64,000 nt of DNA from a virus, in IMG/VR virus record IMGVR_UViG_3300037743_000151, positions 1 to 64,000 of that record. One strand, written 5' to 3'. The position numbers and the translations under genes are program-made. The notes under the pieces are model-generated. The model ran no database searches. It was not told where the DNA came from and worked only from the letters and a program-made list of their open reading frames with translations. Of the stretch, positions 48,601-56,804 are shown piece after piece. The first letter of the stretch is position 1. Every line of letters starts with the position of its first letter.

Positions 48601-49023
48601 ACGGGGCATGCGCCGCTGCATTTCGGGGCGCAGCCTGCGGCGGAGCACTACGACAACACGGGCACCGCGGTGGCGGATGTCGCGGTCGGCAACGACAAGC
48701 ACGGCATTTGGGTCGCGGGTGCGATCCGTCCGAACGCCGACCCTCTGAGTGTGTACGAGCTGCGGGCATCCGGGCGGGTGTCGGGTGACTGGCGGCGTAT
48801 CGGCGGCCAGCTGCGCATGGTCGGACTGCTCGGGGTCAACGTCGCCGGGTTCCTGGAGGAGGCGAAGATGCGGACGTTGGTTTCCGCTGGGCGGCCTCAG
48901 GCGTTGGTGGCGGCGGGTGTTCCGAAGCAGCGGTGGGCCATGTCGAAGGACGAGATGGAGCGTCAGGCCGTGCGGGTCGTGATGCGGATGCTCAGCCGTC
49001 GCGTGCACCCGGGAAGGGGGTGA
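45652..49023 (+). CDS. polyprotein: 2H-phosphoesterase-like domain + MuF-like head morphogenesis domain + prohead protease-like domains
   Basis: 1123 aa. The N-terminus has HLTL (H42) and PHICAAY, which are 2H HxT/S-type motifs. CKPCRDIDGTEYD...GCLGGARCRGTLV is MuF-like. ELPVPLRWNKEDSHGG...VGRIDKIW...RGVSIDAD is S78-like. The C-terminal YGHAAPWGACHIGF...GIWVAGAIRP...SGDWRRIGG resembles actinophage capsid maturation proteases. Confidence 0.7.
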   Translation: MDSLAAAADGSHMSGAMVALMPTPEDAARLAIEGGEDAEQLHLTLYFLGDDGDAWTEDQQAELIGSLRALAASQLSGPITGFAFGANHWNAGSDSPSWVWAVGDDRDREADAPSLAAARTVTTMALEDIHERPYLPVQHSPWVPHICAAYSDELDLIIALEERLGPVVFDRIRVAFAGDYTDIPLGGAVTAAAECTCPPQAAAESDSDPDCRHHAYNILIAAGASLRRQPTELELASRVDFAAMDKAWHEAVDSTVEAWADIQTAMRAEVTASIQAAAEADDLDSLDGLTIDTADGAALLIARMIAYAREAGEQQQAEAEAQGVSVPEWSLDDEAITAAAIRDRLRQIGRTAARVLGVGLVQSAVRQAMRVWGSGSAQQVAAQVDEHLAGLSGAAVEEQVGGAMSAAQNEGRLAVLAVAPAALHVATEALDLNSCKPCRDIDGTEYDTLTAARTAYPSGGYTGCLGGARCRGTLVTVWPQDSEQAAAGMILAASAATIPPTDHEQGGGSVPYSIVQDHPDCGADKPWAVTKDADNSLMGCHDSEAAAEEQRAALYAEEGGMPNDMDKPDDEDMDYAGKTAPWRGPLAIEGQVTGDGREFAPEALTWAELPVPLRWNKEDSHGGEARTIAVNVGRIDKIWRDGSLIMGEGVLDLSDDDGRRVHAKIEGKFLRGVSIDADSIADADVEFVWPEDANAGTEEGEEGDLLEMLFAQPEKMIFHGGRIRAATLVDIPAFAEAYIALLDEAGAVVAGGQPIGEAALQLALQEMGAVGTHTTATSDGPWDAGVNEKRIDGPLTVAKARAAYGWYDGAAVSDGELPKSAAKFLHHEINADGTAGAANLAACSASIGALHGARGGTSIPDADRRGVYDHVAGHLRDAGQEPEPFRSLRSVTASAPASHPAMTGMWKPPAEWFSDPDLPFHCGIVVTDQGRLYGHAAPWGACHIGFDGECVTVPRESEHSHYMTGETVCDDGSRVAVGQITVGTGHAPLHFGAQPAAEHYDNTGTAVADVAVGNDKHGIWVAGAIRPNADPLSVYELRASGRVSGDWRRIGGQLRMVGLLGVNVAGFLEEAKMRTLVSAGRPQALVAAGVPKQRWAMSKDEMERQAVRVVMRMLSRRVHPGRG

Positions 49024-49106
49024 ATGGATCGTGTGCAGTTGCAACAAGAGGCGTCGCCCGACACCTCCTCCGCCACCTCCTCCGAGCGTCTGACCTTTAC
49101 AAATGC

Positions 49107-49141
49107 CGGTCCGGCCAACCTAATTGACGTTGGCCGGATCG
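49107..49141 (+). other. hairpin in the 193-nt capsid-gene leader
   Basis: CCGGCCAAC (49111-49119) pairs with GTTGGCCGG (49129-49137), extendable to 49107/49141. The 11-nt direct repeat GGATCGTGTGC occurs at 49026 and 49136. Confidence 0.45.
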
Positions 49142-49216
49142 TGTGCTATGCGCTAACCTCGGCGATCAAAGGGCGCCAACACCGCAGGCGCACACCCCTT
49201 CACGCCGGAGGACAAC

Positions 49217-50977
49217 GTGCCAGCCGAGGAACTCTTCAGCGCCCCCACCGACCTCACCCTCGTCGGCGACGACGAACTCGCCGCCCTCGAAACACAGGGC
49301 ATCGCCGAGTTCGAGCGCGTCGAAGTCCTTCAGGACGTCGACCCCGAGACCGTCGGCTACGCGCTGCGCCTCGCCAACGACCTCGACCGCGTCCGCGCCG
49401 AACTCCGAGTCCGCGAGGTCCGCGCCCAGGCCAACGCCGAACTCCAGAGCACCCGCGTCGGCGAACAGCTCGCCGCACTCAAGGCCCGCGTCCACGGCGA
49501 ACCCGCAACCCCCGCCGCCGCCGGCGCAGCCGCCGCGGCCATCGACCCCGAAGCGATCGCCGCCGCCGCCGCACGGGGCGTCACCGCAGGCATGATCGCC
49601 ATGATGGGCGAACGCCGCGGCAACCTCGACCCCGAGGCCCTCGCACGGCGGGCCACCGCGTCCCTCGCCGAGACTGCCCGGCACGCCCCCGCGCCGAAGG
49701 TCCCCGCCGCGAAGCTCGCGGTCACCGCATCGGTGGACATCCCCGGCGTCGCCCACGGCGGTGAACTCCCCACCCTGCGCAGCCTGGCCGAGGTCGTGTC
49801 GCGCAAGGCCAAGTCGATGCCGGTCACGCAGGACAACCCGAACCACCAGCTCGTCGCGTCGATCCGCAACGACTTCTCGCACACCATCGACGACCGCACC
49901 AGCCCCGGACAGGTCAAGGACCTCATCGAGTTCCTCACCGGCCCCGACAAGCAGCAGGCGTTGGTGGCCGGCGGCGGATGGTGCGCCCCGTCCGAGATCC
50001 GCTACGACTTCTTCAACATCGCCTGCGAAGACGGCATGATCGACCTGCCCACCTTCGGCGTCAGCCGCGGCGGCATCCAGTTCCCCGTCTCCCCGAGCCT
50101 CGCCGACGCACTCGGCGGCGGCACCGCCTTCGCCGGATTCGCCGCCACCCTCTCCAACACGTCGACGCCGTTCCTGTGGACCGAGGCCGACGACATCGCC
50201 GCCGCCACCGGCTCCCCGACGAAGCCGTGCATCCGCGTTCCCTGCCCGGACTTCGACGAAGCGCGCCTTGAGTGCTACGGCTACTGCCTCACCGCAGGCA
50301 ACCTCACCGACGACGCCTACCCCGAGGCGACGCAGCACATGCTGCAACTCCTCATGTCCGCGCACGCGCACGTCATCAACGCCCAACTGATCGCCCAGAT
50401 GCTCCTCGCGTCCAGCGCGACCACCACCATCACCGGCGGCGCAGTCACCGACGCAGCAGCCCCCAAGATTTACAACGCGGTCGGACTGGCCGCCACCGAC
50501 TACCGTGCCCGCTACGGCATGTGCATCGACGACGTCCTCGAAGTCGTCCTCCCGTACTGGGTCCGCGAAGTCATTCGCGGCGACCTCGCCTGGAAGGCAG
50601 GCGTTGAACTCCAGGCCGTCACCAACGCGGAGGTCGACTCCTACTTCGTCGCCCGCAACGTCCGCCCGCAGTGGGTCAACGACTGGCAGGTCCGCGGCGC
50701 CTCGCAGTTCGGCAACGCCACCGCGATGACGGCTTGGCCGACGACCGTGGACTTCCTCATCTACGCGGCCGGCACGTTCATCCACGGCAACGGCCTGTCC
50801 CTGGACCTCGGTGTGATCCGCGACTCGGTTCTCAACGAGACCAACGACCACACCGCGGCCTGGTCCGAGGAGTGCCACCTTGTGGCCCGGGTCGGCCACG
50901 AGTCCCGCCGCTACACGGTCGGCTTCAACGTCAACGGCTCCACGTCGGCGCTCCTCACCGGCACTGTCCGCGTCTGA
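49217..50977 (+). CDS. major capsid protein with N-terminal scaffold-like (delta) domain
   Basis: GTG after GGAGGA RBS; 586 aa. The first roughly 200 aa are coiled-coil/Ala-rich, followed by a capsid-like body (GGGWCAPSEIRYDF...). Positioned after the protease. Confidence 0.7.
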   Translation: MPAEELFSAPTDLTLVGDDELAALETQGIAEFERVEVLQDVDPETVGYALRLANDLDRVRAELRVREVRAQANAELQSTRVGEQLAALKARVHGEPATPAAAGAAAAAIDPEAIAAAAARGVTAGMIAMMGERRGNLDPEALARRATASLAETARHAPAPKVPAAKLAVTASVDIPGVAHGGELPTLRSLAEVVSRKAKSMPVTQDNPNHQLVASIRNDFSHTIDDRTSPGQVKDLIEFLTGPDKQQALVAGGGWCAPSEIRYDFFNIACEDGMIDLPTFGVSRGGIQFPVSPSLADALGGGTAFAGFAATLSNTSTPFLWTEADDIAAATGSPTKPCIRVPCPDFDEARLECYGYCLTAGNLTDDAYPEATQHMLQLLMSAHAHVINAQLIAQMLLASSATTTITGGAVTDAAAPKIYNAVGLAATDYRARYGMCIDDVLEVVLPYWVREVIRGDLAWKAGVELQAVTNAEVDSYFVARNVRPQWVNDWQVRGASQFGNATAMTAWPTTVDFLIYAAGTFIHGNGLSLDLGVIRDSVLNETNDHTAAWSEECHLVARVGHESRRYTVGFNVNGSTSALLTGTVRV

Positions 50978-51018
50978 CCATCTCAGTGGAACAAGTAGCA
51001 GAAGGGTGGTGAGCGCCG

Positions 51019-51900
51019 GTGGCCGGAGCACGCCAGATCATCGCGCCGCCGACGTTCACCGCCCTGTCGTACGGGCTGTGGGACACCATCCAGCACCCCG
51101 CCCCGCCGCCGCACTGGCAGCAGGGCGTCACCTGGATCGAGCACTGCCCCACCGCGGACACGACGTACGACGAATGCCTCGCCGTCACCGGCACCGGGGG
51201 CGCACCGCCCGAACCGCCCGCCAAGACCAGCAACGTCGAGCAGACGTTCCGGGGTGCTACCCCGTTCACGGTGTCCGCCGAGTTCGAATGCTCTCCGGTG
51301 GGTGTGGGCGAGGCAGGGTCGGTTGCCGCTGATGCGCTGGCCCGGGTGGAGCAGCAGCAGGTAGAGGCGGCGTTCTGGACGGGCACGGCCGGCGGGCAGC
51401 CGGTGGTGTTCCCGCATCTTGCGGCGGACGCCGAGGTGCTGGACTCGCAGGACATTGTGCTTCAGCCCGTCGCCTCCCCAGTTGTGACGGGCGCTGATGT
51501 GGCGCATGCGCTTGGTGAGCTGGAGCAGGATCTCGCCGCCTGCTACGCCGGGCAGGGCCTTATTCACGTCCCGCGTCTGGCGCTGCCCACCCTCGCTGCC
51601 GCCTATCTGGTTGTCGAGCGGGACGGGCTGCTGTACACCCCGGCCGGGAACCGGATCGTGGTCGGCGGCGGCTACACCGGCACCGGCCCCGACGGCGCCG
51701 CGCCAGCCGCCGGAACGGCGTGGATCTATGCGACCGGGAGCGCGTTCGGTTACCGCAGTGACGTGTTCTTCACCGAGGTCCGCGACTCCCTGGACCGGTC
51801 CGCGAACACCATCCGCATGATCGCCGAGCGCACCTACGTACTCGGCTTCGAGTGCTGCTTGCTGGCGGCGCACATCGTCCTGGGCGTGCCCACCGAGTAG
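51019..51900 (+). CDS. structural protein of uncertain role (HK97-capsid-like C-terminal pattern)
   Basis: 293 aa. LIHVPRLALPTL...LYTPAGNRIVVGGGY...AWIYATGSAFGYRS recalls the C-terminal part of HK97-type capsid proteins. Role unresolved. Confidence 0.4.
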   Translation: MAGARQIIAPPTFTALSYGLWDTIQHPAPPPHWQQGVTWIEHCPTADTTYDECLAVTGTGGAPPEPPAKTSNVEQTFRGATPFTVSAEFECSPVGVGEAGSVAADALARVEQQQVEAAFWTGTAGGQPVVFPHLAADAEVLDSQDIVLQPVASPVVTGADVAHALGELEQDLAACYAGQGLIHVPRLALPTLAAAYLVVERDGLLYTPAGNRIVVGGGYTGTGPDGAAPAAGTAWIYATGSAFGYRSDVFFTEVRDSLDRSANTIRMIAERTYVLGFECCLLAAHIVLGVPTE

Positions 51901-51912
51901 GAGTAGATCACC

Positions 51913-52590
51913 ATGGCAGCTACGTCGACGTGTGCAACTCCCATCAAGGGCACGCACATGCGGATCATCGAACTCGACGCGTGCGGGGTGCCGGTCACCG
52001 GCACTGACGGGATGGTCGGTGTCTCGTCCGGTTTCGTGCAGGTCGAGATGGAACCCGACTACGAGGACGGCGAAGAGTTCTTCGAGCGGACCGCCTCCGG
52101 GCAGCCGTGCGTAAACCAGAAGGACGACCCCACGTTGAAGCGGATGGGGCTGACGGTGCAGATGTGTGAGGTCAACGTCTCCCTCATCTCGTACATCATC
52201 AGCGCCCGCGAACTGGTCACCGGGACACCGACGACGGGCACCGGCTTCGCTGTGGCGGAGGGCAACTCGACAAACCGGTTCAGCCTGGAGGTGTGGCAGG
52301 AAGTCGCAGGGTCCGGGGCGTGTGACGCGTCGGGGAACCAGCGGTACATCTACCACGCGTGGCCCAACGTCGGCGCCACCCAGATCGGCTCCTACACCAT
52401 CGAGAACGGGCGTAGCACGTTCGAGTTCACCTCCGAAACCAGGGGTGCGGGCGCAACGTGGGACACGCTCGTCGGGGAGGACTTCCTCCCTGCCGGTGAG
52501 TCGGTGGACACCGACGAGCATTGGGTGTGGAACGTGACCACGACCGCACCGCCGACCGTGGCGTGCGACCCGACGACGCTCGCCGCATAG
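51913..52590 (+). CDS. putative major tail (tube) protein
   Basis: ATG after TAGGAG RBS; 225 aa; beta-rich; Thr/Pro-rich C-terminal tail (NVTTTAPPTVACDPTTLAA). It is the only tube-sized candidate, because no gene lies between the gp10-like gene and the chaperones. Confidence 0.35.
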   Translation: MAATSTCATPIKGTHMRIIELDACGVPVTGTDGMVGVSSGFVQVEMEPDYEDGEEFFERTASGQPCVNQKDDPTLKRMGLTVQMCEVNVSLISYIISARELVTGTPTTGTGFAVAEGNSTNRFSLEVWQEVAGSGACDASGNQRYIYHAWPNVGATQIGSYTIENGRSTFEFTSETRGAGATWDTLVGEDFLPAGESVDTDEHWVWNVTTTAPPTVACDPTTLAA

Positions 52591-52600
52591 GCCGCACGCC

Positions 52601-53134
52601 GTGGCAATGACCCTGCTCCAGGCACACAGCGCGGTCCCCGATGCCCACGGAGACCGCGCTTACGCCGACGCGAAATTCGTACCCCTCGAAGGGGACGTCA
52701 TCAGCAAGACACGCACCGTGGACAAGCCCACAGACGAACCCAGAACATCGACCACCCTGGAAGACGACACCAGCCTGACAGTTGAGGTCGCCGCAAATGC
52801 CAGGTACGCCGTGGACGCCTTCCTCATCGTCGACGGTGACCCCGAGGCGGCCATGAGTCTGACGTTCACGGCCCCGTCCGACGCCTCGGGTTCGTGGACC
52901 CCTATGGCACCGACAACGGCCGGGGGGGCGGAAATCCAACTGAAGCCCCTCTCCTTCGGTGAGGGCGCCACCGTCGGCGTCACCACCGAAGGCGTGATCA
53001 TTCCCCCGCGGGGCTCCCTCGCCACCGGTGCCACCGCAGGAGCGTTCACACTCCGATGGGCGCCGGCCACCACACCCGCCGGGCCGCTTACCTTGCAGGC
53101 CGGGTCCTGGCTGCTGCTGACACGTACGGGGTGA
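52601..53134 (+). CDS. beta-sandwich structural protein (fibre/decoration-like)
   Basis: GTG 52601 or ATG 52607; 177 aa. Its composition and ending (LQAGSWLLLTRTG) resemble the minor tail protein gene at 62243. Confidence 0.45.
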   Translation: MAMTLLQAHSAVPDAHGDRAYADAKFVPLEGDVISKTRTVDKPTDEPRTSTTLEDDTSLTVEVAANARYAVDAFLIVDGDPEAAMSLTFTAPSDASGSWTPMAPTTAGGAEIQLKPLSFGEGATVGVTTEGVIIPPRGSLATGATAGAFTLRWAPATTPAGPLTLQAGSWLLLTRTG

Positions 53135-53140
53135 GGCGGC

Positions 53141-54319
53141 ATGCCTCTGGCGCAGTACACCGACACCTTCTGGTTCCCCAACGGCAGTCCTGCGGTGAAC
53201 ATTGCTGTCCAGGTGTTTCCGCGCAACTCCAGCATCCCGGCCACTTTGTACACCGACGCCACCGGTACCACCCAGATTGTCAGCCCTGCCACCTCCGGCA
53301 CTGGCGGGCTGTCGTTCTGGGCCGAGTCGGGCGACTACTGGGTGCACCTGGACACCGAAACTTTCGATGTCACGGTGGGTATGTCGCAGGAGCAGGCCGA
53401 CCTGTCCACTGGTGTTGCGTCCGGCGGTGAGATCTCCGTCAATGCCCTGAACCCGTCTGCGGTGGACATCACTGAGATGGATGGCTACATCGTCGACTAC
53501 ATCGCAGGCAACCAGGCAGAACCGGTGATCACGCGGGTGAAGACGCCTGCGCAGACGATCCCGATGGATGCTGCCGCACTGGCGAGGGCGGTGACGTGGT
53601 GGGTTGCCGACAGTGGCGGGAACATCATCCAGCAGGCAGGCAAGCCCGATCCGGTGCAGCGCCGCACGCACATCATGCTGGGTGTGACCGCGCATACCGG
53701 TGGTGTGATCGGTGTGGATCAGACGCTGCCGGTGATCCTGCCGTGGGTGGGTAATCAGCTCGTCGACTTGATGGAGGCGTTGGGGCCGTTCAGCGTTTCC
53801 GGGAACGTGATCACCGCGAACGGTGCGAACCTGATGCTGAACCACAGTGCGGGCACGATGTTCGCCCGTGCTTTCAACCACTACTCCAGCGGTGTCCTCA
53901 CCCGCAACCCGCATATTTCGACGACGCAGGCGCAGACGCCGGCCACTTTCATTCAGATCACCGGTTCGGCGACCACCGCGCCAGCGTTGACGCAGACGGT
54001 CGATGTCGCGAACTGGGACAACGCTGGGGTGATCACTCCAGTGGGTGGGGGTACCAACGCTTCAACCATCCTGCGCGTTTTCCTGTTCGCCAACAACAAC
54101 ATCAACTTTCAGTTGATCATCCAGTACGGGCAGGCCACCTACAGCAGCCTCTCTGCTGCGGTGAACGCGATCGGCGCGGCGCCGTTCGTGGTCAACCCGA
54201 CTTTCAACCCGGGCACCGGCACTTTGATCGCGTGGATTGCCGTGACCCGCACGGCAACCAACCTGTCCGACATCACGCAGGCCGTGATTGTGACGGCCCC
54301 CAAATTCGCGACACCCTAG
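53141..54319 (+). CDS. structural protein, possible head or tail fibre
   Basis: 392 aa. N-terminal prealbumin/Ig-like segment; Thr/Gly/Asn-rich beta-rich remainder. Confidence 0.45.
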   Translation: MPLAQYTDTFWFPNGSPAVNIAVQVFPRNSSIPATLYTDATGTTQIVSPATSGTGGLSFWAESGDYWVHLDTETFDVTVGMSQEQADLSTGVASGGEISVNALNPSAVDITEMDGYIVDYIAGNQAEPVITRVKTPAQTIPMDAAALARAVTWWVADSGGNIIQQAGKPDPVQRRTHIMLGVTAHTGGVIGVDQTLPVILPWVGNQLVDLMEALGPFSVSGNVITANGANLMLNHSAGTMFARAFNHYSSGVLTRNPHISTTQAQTPATFIQITGSATTAPALTQTVDVANWDNAGVITPVGGGTNASTILRVFLFANNNINFQLIIQYGQATYSSLSAAVNAIGAAPFVVNPTFNPGTGTLIAWIAVTRTATNLSDITQAVIVTAPKFATP

Positions 54320-54328
54320 GAGGCTGCG

Positions 54329-55168
54329 ATGCCGGTCATCAACCCGACGCCGCAGGCCACCCCTAGCGGCAGTGGCGGCACTACCGGGCCGTGCGCGGAC
54401 TGGCCGGTGACGTGGACCTGCGACGTGACCACCCTGAATCCGGCCGTGACCGGGCTCGCCGTGTCGATGGCGACGGAAACCCTGTGGGCGCTGACCGGAA
54501 TGCGGTTCGGAACCTGCGAAATCACACTCCGGCCGTGCGCCCGCTCATGCGACGACGGCCGCTTCTATGACGACTTCGGGCCCCCGTGGGAAGGCGGCCG
54601 CTCCTACCCCCAGCCCGCCCTCATCGGCGGCCTCTGGTTCAACCTCACCTGCGGCTCCTGCGGCGGGAACTGCTCCTGCTCCACCGTGTCCGAGGTGCTG
54701 CTGCCGGCGCCGGTCCACACGATCGTGGAAGTGCTGATCGATGGGACGCCGATGGCGAGCGGCGCCTACCGGGTGGACAACCACCGGCTGCTGGTGCGCA
54801 CGGACGGCGGTGTGTGGCCGCGCTGCAACGACCTGTCGAAGGAGGACACGGAGGAAGGGACTTGGAGCGTCACAGCAACGTACGGTGAGGCACTACCGGA
54901 CGGGGCGTCCCTGGCTGTGGGCCAGTTGGCGTGTGAGATCGCGAAGGCTGCGGCGGGTGGGGACTGCAAGCTGCCTGCCGGTCTTCAGCAGTTGGTGCGG
55001 CAGGGTGTGACGATCTCCTATCCGGATGTGGGGGAGTTGTTCCGGCAGGGCCGCACGGGCTTGTATCTGGTGGACATGCTCGTGTCGACGTGGAATCCGT
55101 ATGGGTTGCGGCAACGCTCGCGGGTGTACTCCGTGGACCGGCCGTCGGTGCGTAGGGCGGGGACCTGA
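54329..55168 (+). CDS. head-to-tail adaptor
   Basis: ATG after TAGGAGG RBS; 279 aa. The ending LAVGQLACEIAKAAAGGDCKLPAGLQQLVRQGV is typical of actinophage adaptors (from memory). Confidence 0.55.
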   Translation: MPVINPTPQATPSGSGGTTGPCADWPVTWTCDVTTLNPAVTGLAVSMATETLWALTGMRFGTCEITLRPCARSCDDGRFYDDFGPPWEGGRSYPQPALIGGLWFNLTCGSCGGNCSCSTVSEVLLPAPVHTIVEVLIDGTPMASGAYRVDNHRLLVRTDGGVWPRCNDLSKEDTEEGTWSVTATYGEALPDGASLAVGQLACEIAKAAAGGDCKLPAGLQQLVRQGVTISYPDVGELFRQGRTGLYLVDMLVSTWNPYGLRQRSRVYSVDRPSVRRAGT

Positions 55169-55170
55169 CC

Positions 55171-55677
55171 ATGCCGATGATCTCCGGCCCGTTGAAGTGG
55201 TACACCGTCGCCTCCATCATCGAGCAGGCCGTATACGCCAAACTCACCACCAAGCCCGACCGCCACAGCGTGGTGCCGGGTGCGATCGCCTGGGATGAGT
55301 GCGACTGCGGACTCCTCGCCGTCAGCGCGGCCCGGATCTTCCTCAGCGAGACGTTCCCCGACGAACTGTCGCGCCGTATCGGCAACGCCTGCGACGCACC
55401 CTACGAGGTCGCTGAGGTCGTCATCCAAGTCGTGCGGTGCGCGCCGAACCCGGACGACCCGCTGACCGCTCCCACGACAGCCGAACTGGACGCCTCCGCA
55501 CAAGAGGTGCTGCGGGACGCGGACGAGATGCTGAAGGGCACCTCGGTGAATCTGTGCGAGATGAACCGGGACCGGGACATCGCCGACTTCATGGTGCGCC
55601 CGCTGACCGCGCAGGGCCCGTCGGGTGGCTGCGTCGGCAACGAGCTGCGGGCGTACGTCGCCCTCGGCCGGAACTGA
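55171..55677 (+). CDS. head-to-tail connector (stopper-like) protein
   Basis: 168 aa. VVPGAIAWDECDCGLLAVS...FP...VVRCAP pattern seen in actinophage connector proteins. Confidence 0.5.
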   Translation: MPMISGPLKWYTVASIIEQAVYAKLTTKPDRHSVVPGAIAWDECDCGLLAVSAARIFLSETFPDELSRRIGNACDAPYEVAEVVIQVVRCAPNPDDPLTAPTTAELDASAQEVLRDADEMLKGTSVNLCEMNRDRDIADFMVRPLTAQGPSGGCVGNELRAYVALGRN

Positions 55678-55691
55678 CCGGGAGGCCGCCC

Positions 55692-56084
55692 ATGTTCACG
55701 GTGTCCACGAGCTTCAATCTCGACCGCACCCGCATACAGCGGATGCTGCGTCTGCCGGGCGGCATCGTCTACCGCGACATGGAACGCAGGCTGCGCCGTG
55801 TCGAAACCGAAGCGATCCGCCGCGCGCCCGGAAGCATGGGCTCCACCATCCGGGCGCAGATCCGCCGCGGTCCGGGCGGCGACTTCCAGGGCGTCATCCG
55901 GGTGAACCACCCAGCCGCCATCTTCGTTACTGGAGGAACTCGCCCTCACCGCATCACTCCCCGCAGGCAGGGCGGTGTGCTGCGGTTCACGGTAAACGGG
56001 CAGGTCGTGTACGCGAGGTACGTCAACCACCCTGGTACAAAACCGAACGATTTTTTGAGGCAGGCGCTGAGGGCGGCTCTCTAA
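55692..56084 (+). CDS. HK97 gp10-like head-tail joining protein
   Basis: ATG 55692 after GGAGG; 130 aa. The C-terminal VNHPGTKPNDFLRQAL matches the gp10 family signature. Confidence 0.6.
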   Translation: MFTVSTSFNLDRTRIQRMLRLPGGIVYRDMERRLRRVETEAIRRAPGSMGSTIRAQIRRGPGGDFQGVIRVNHPAAIFVTGGTRPHRITPRRQGGVLRFTVNGQVVYARYVNHPGTKPNDFLRQALRAAL

Positions 56085-56127
56085 CCGCCCGGAATGATCA
56101 TGCCCGGGGGCGACCTACCGTCCCACC

Positions 56128-56577
56128 ATGACCGAGCCCACCACCAGCGAGCCGCCCGTCAAGGACTTCAGCCGCCAACGCAAGCGGCTCCAGTTCCGCA
56201 TCGACGACGACCTGTTCGAAGCCGCCCGCGCACTGCCCGGCAAAACCCTCGCACGATTCGCCGCCCGCTTCGCCGACATCGAGAACACCCCCGTCACGCA
56301 GCAGCTCGACATCTTCGCCGAAGCCCTCAGCATGGTCCTCCTCCCCGAGTCCAACGCCCGCTTCCAAAAGCGACTGGACGACCTGGAACAGCCCATCGAA
56401 CTGGAGCAGGCCAGCGACGTCATCACCTGGCTCCTGGAGGAGTACGGCCTGCGCCCTACCGAGCCGTCCTCGGAATCGTCCAGTGGGCCGTCCAGCCCGG
56501 CATCTGGCACGAACTCGACGGGCGTGCAGCAGCCGCAGGCTTCGATCCCGGCGACCTTCCAGCCGACCGCTTCCTGA
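56128..56577 (+). CDS. tail assembly chaperone (G-like)
   Basis: 149 aa, acidic, immediately upstream of the tape measure. Low-complexity tail after about residue 110. Confidence 0.6.
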   Translation: MTEPTTSEPPVKDFSRQRKRLQFRIDDDLFEAARALPGKTLARFAARFADIENTPVTQQLDIFAEALSMVLLPESNARFQKRLDDLEQPIELEQASDVITWLLEEYGLRPTEPSSESSSGPSSPASGTNSTGVQQPQASIPATFQPTAS

Positions 56578-56804
56578 ACTGGATTTACGCCGAAATGGTC
56601 CAGCGCCTCAGCGTCCGCGAGAACGAAAAGCCCGAGACCGCCCGCCGGCGGTTCGACGGGCAACTCAGCGTGCGCGCATGGACCACCCCCGGCACAGAAG
56701 ACAAGACGCCTGAGCCGCGTGATTCCAGGGCCCCGTATTGGTGGGACGGCGACGAGGACGCCAGCCAGTCCTTCCTCACCGCAATGGGGGTGACCCTCAC
56801 GTGA
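56128..56804 (+). CDS. tail assembly chaperone, putative -1 frameshift product (G-T-like)
   Basis: The -1 frame (ORF 56094..56804) is open across the whole G gene and continues to 56804, where its stop overlaps the tape measure GTG (GTGA). I did not identify a slip site. Confidence 0.4.

Noticed and set aside
46951-49047. Very long antisense ORFs: 46951..49047 (698 aa), 49166..51031 (621 aa), 50983..52521 (512 aa), 52427..53914 (495 aa), 11556..13244 (562 aa), 13852..15258 (468 aa).
   Set aside because: They lie opposite well-supported motif-bearing genes. They have Arg/Gly/Pro/Ala-biased, low-complexity translations and no RBS or overlap logic. Long stop-free antisense frames are expected in DNA this GC-rich.
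49024-49764. 246-aa Arg/Pro-rich ORF starting in the capsid leader.
   Set aside because: It is out of frame with and overlaps the well-supported capsid gene. Its extreme Arg/Pro composition is typical of an off-frame reading of GC-rich coding DNA.
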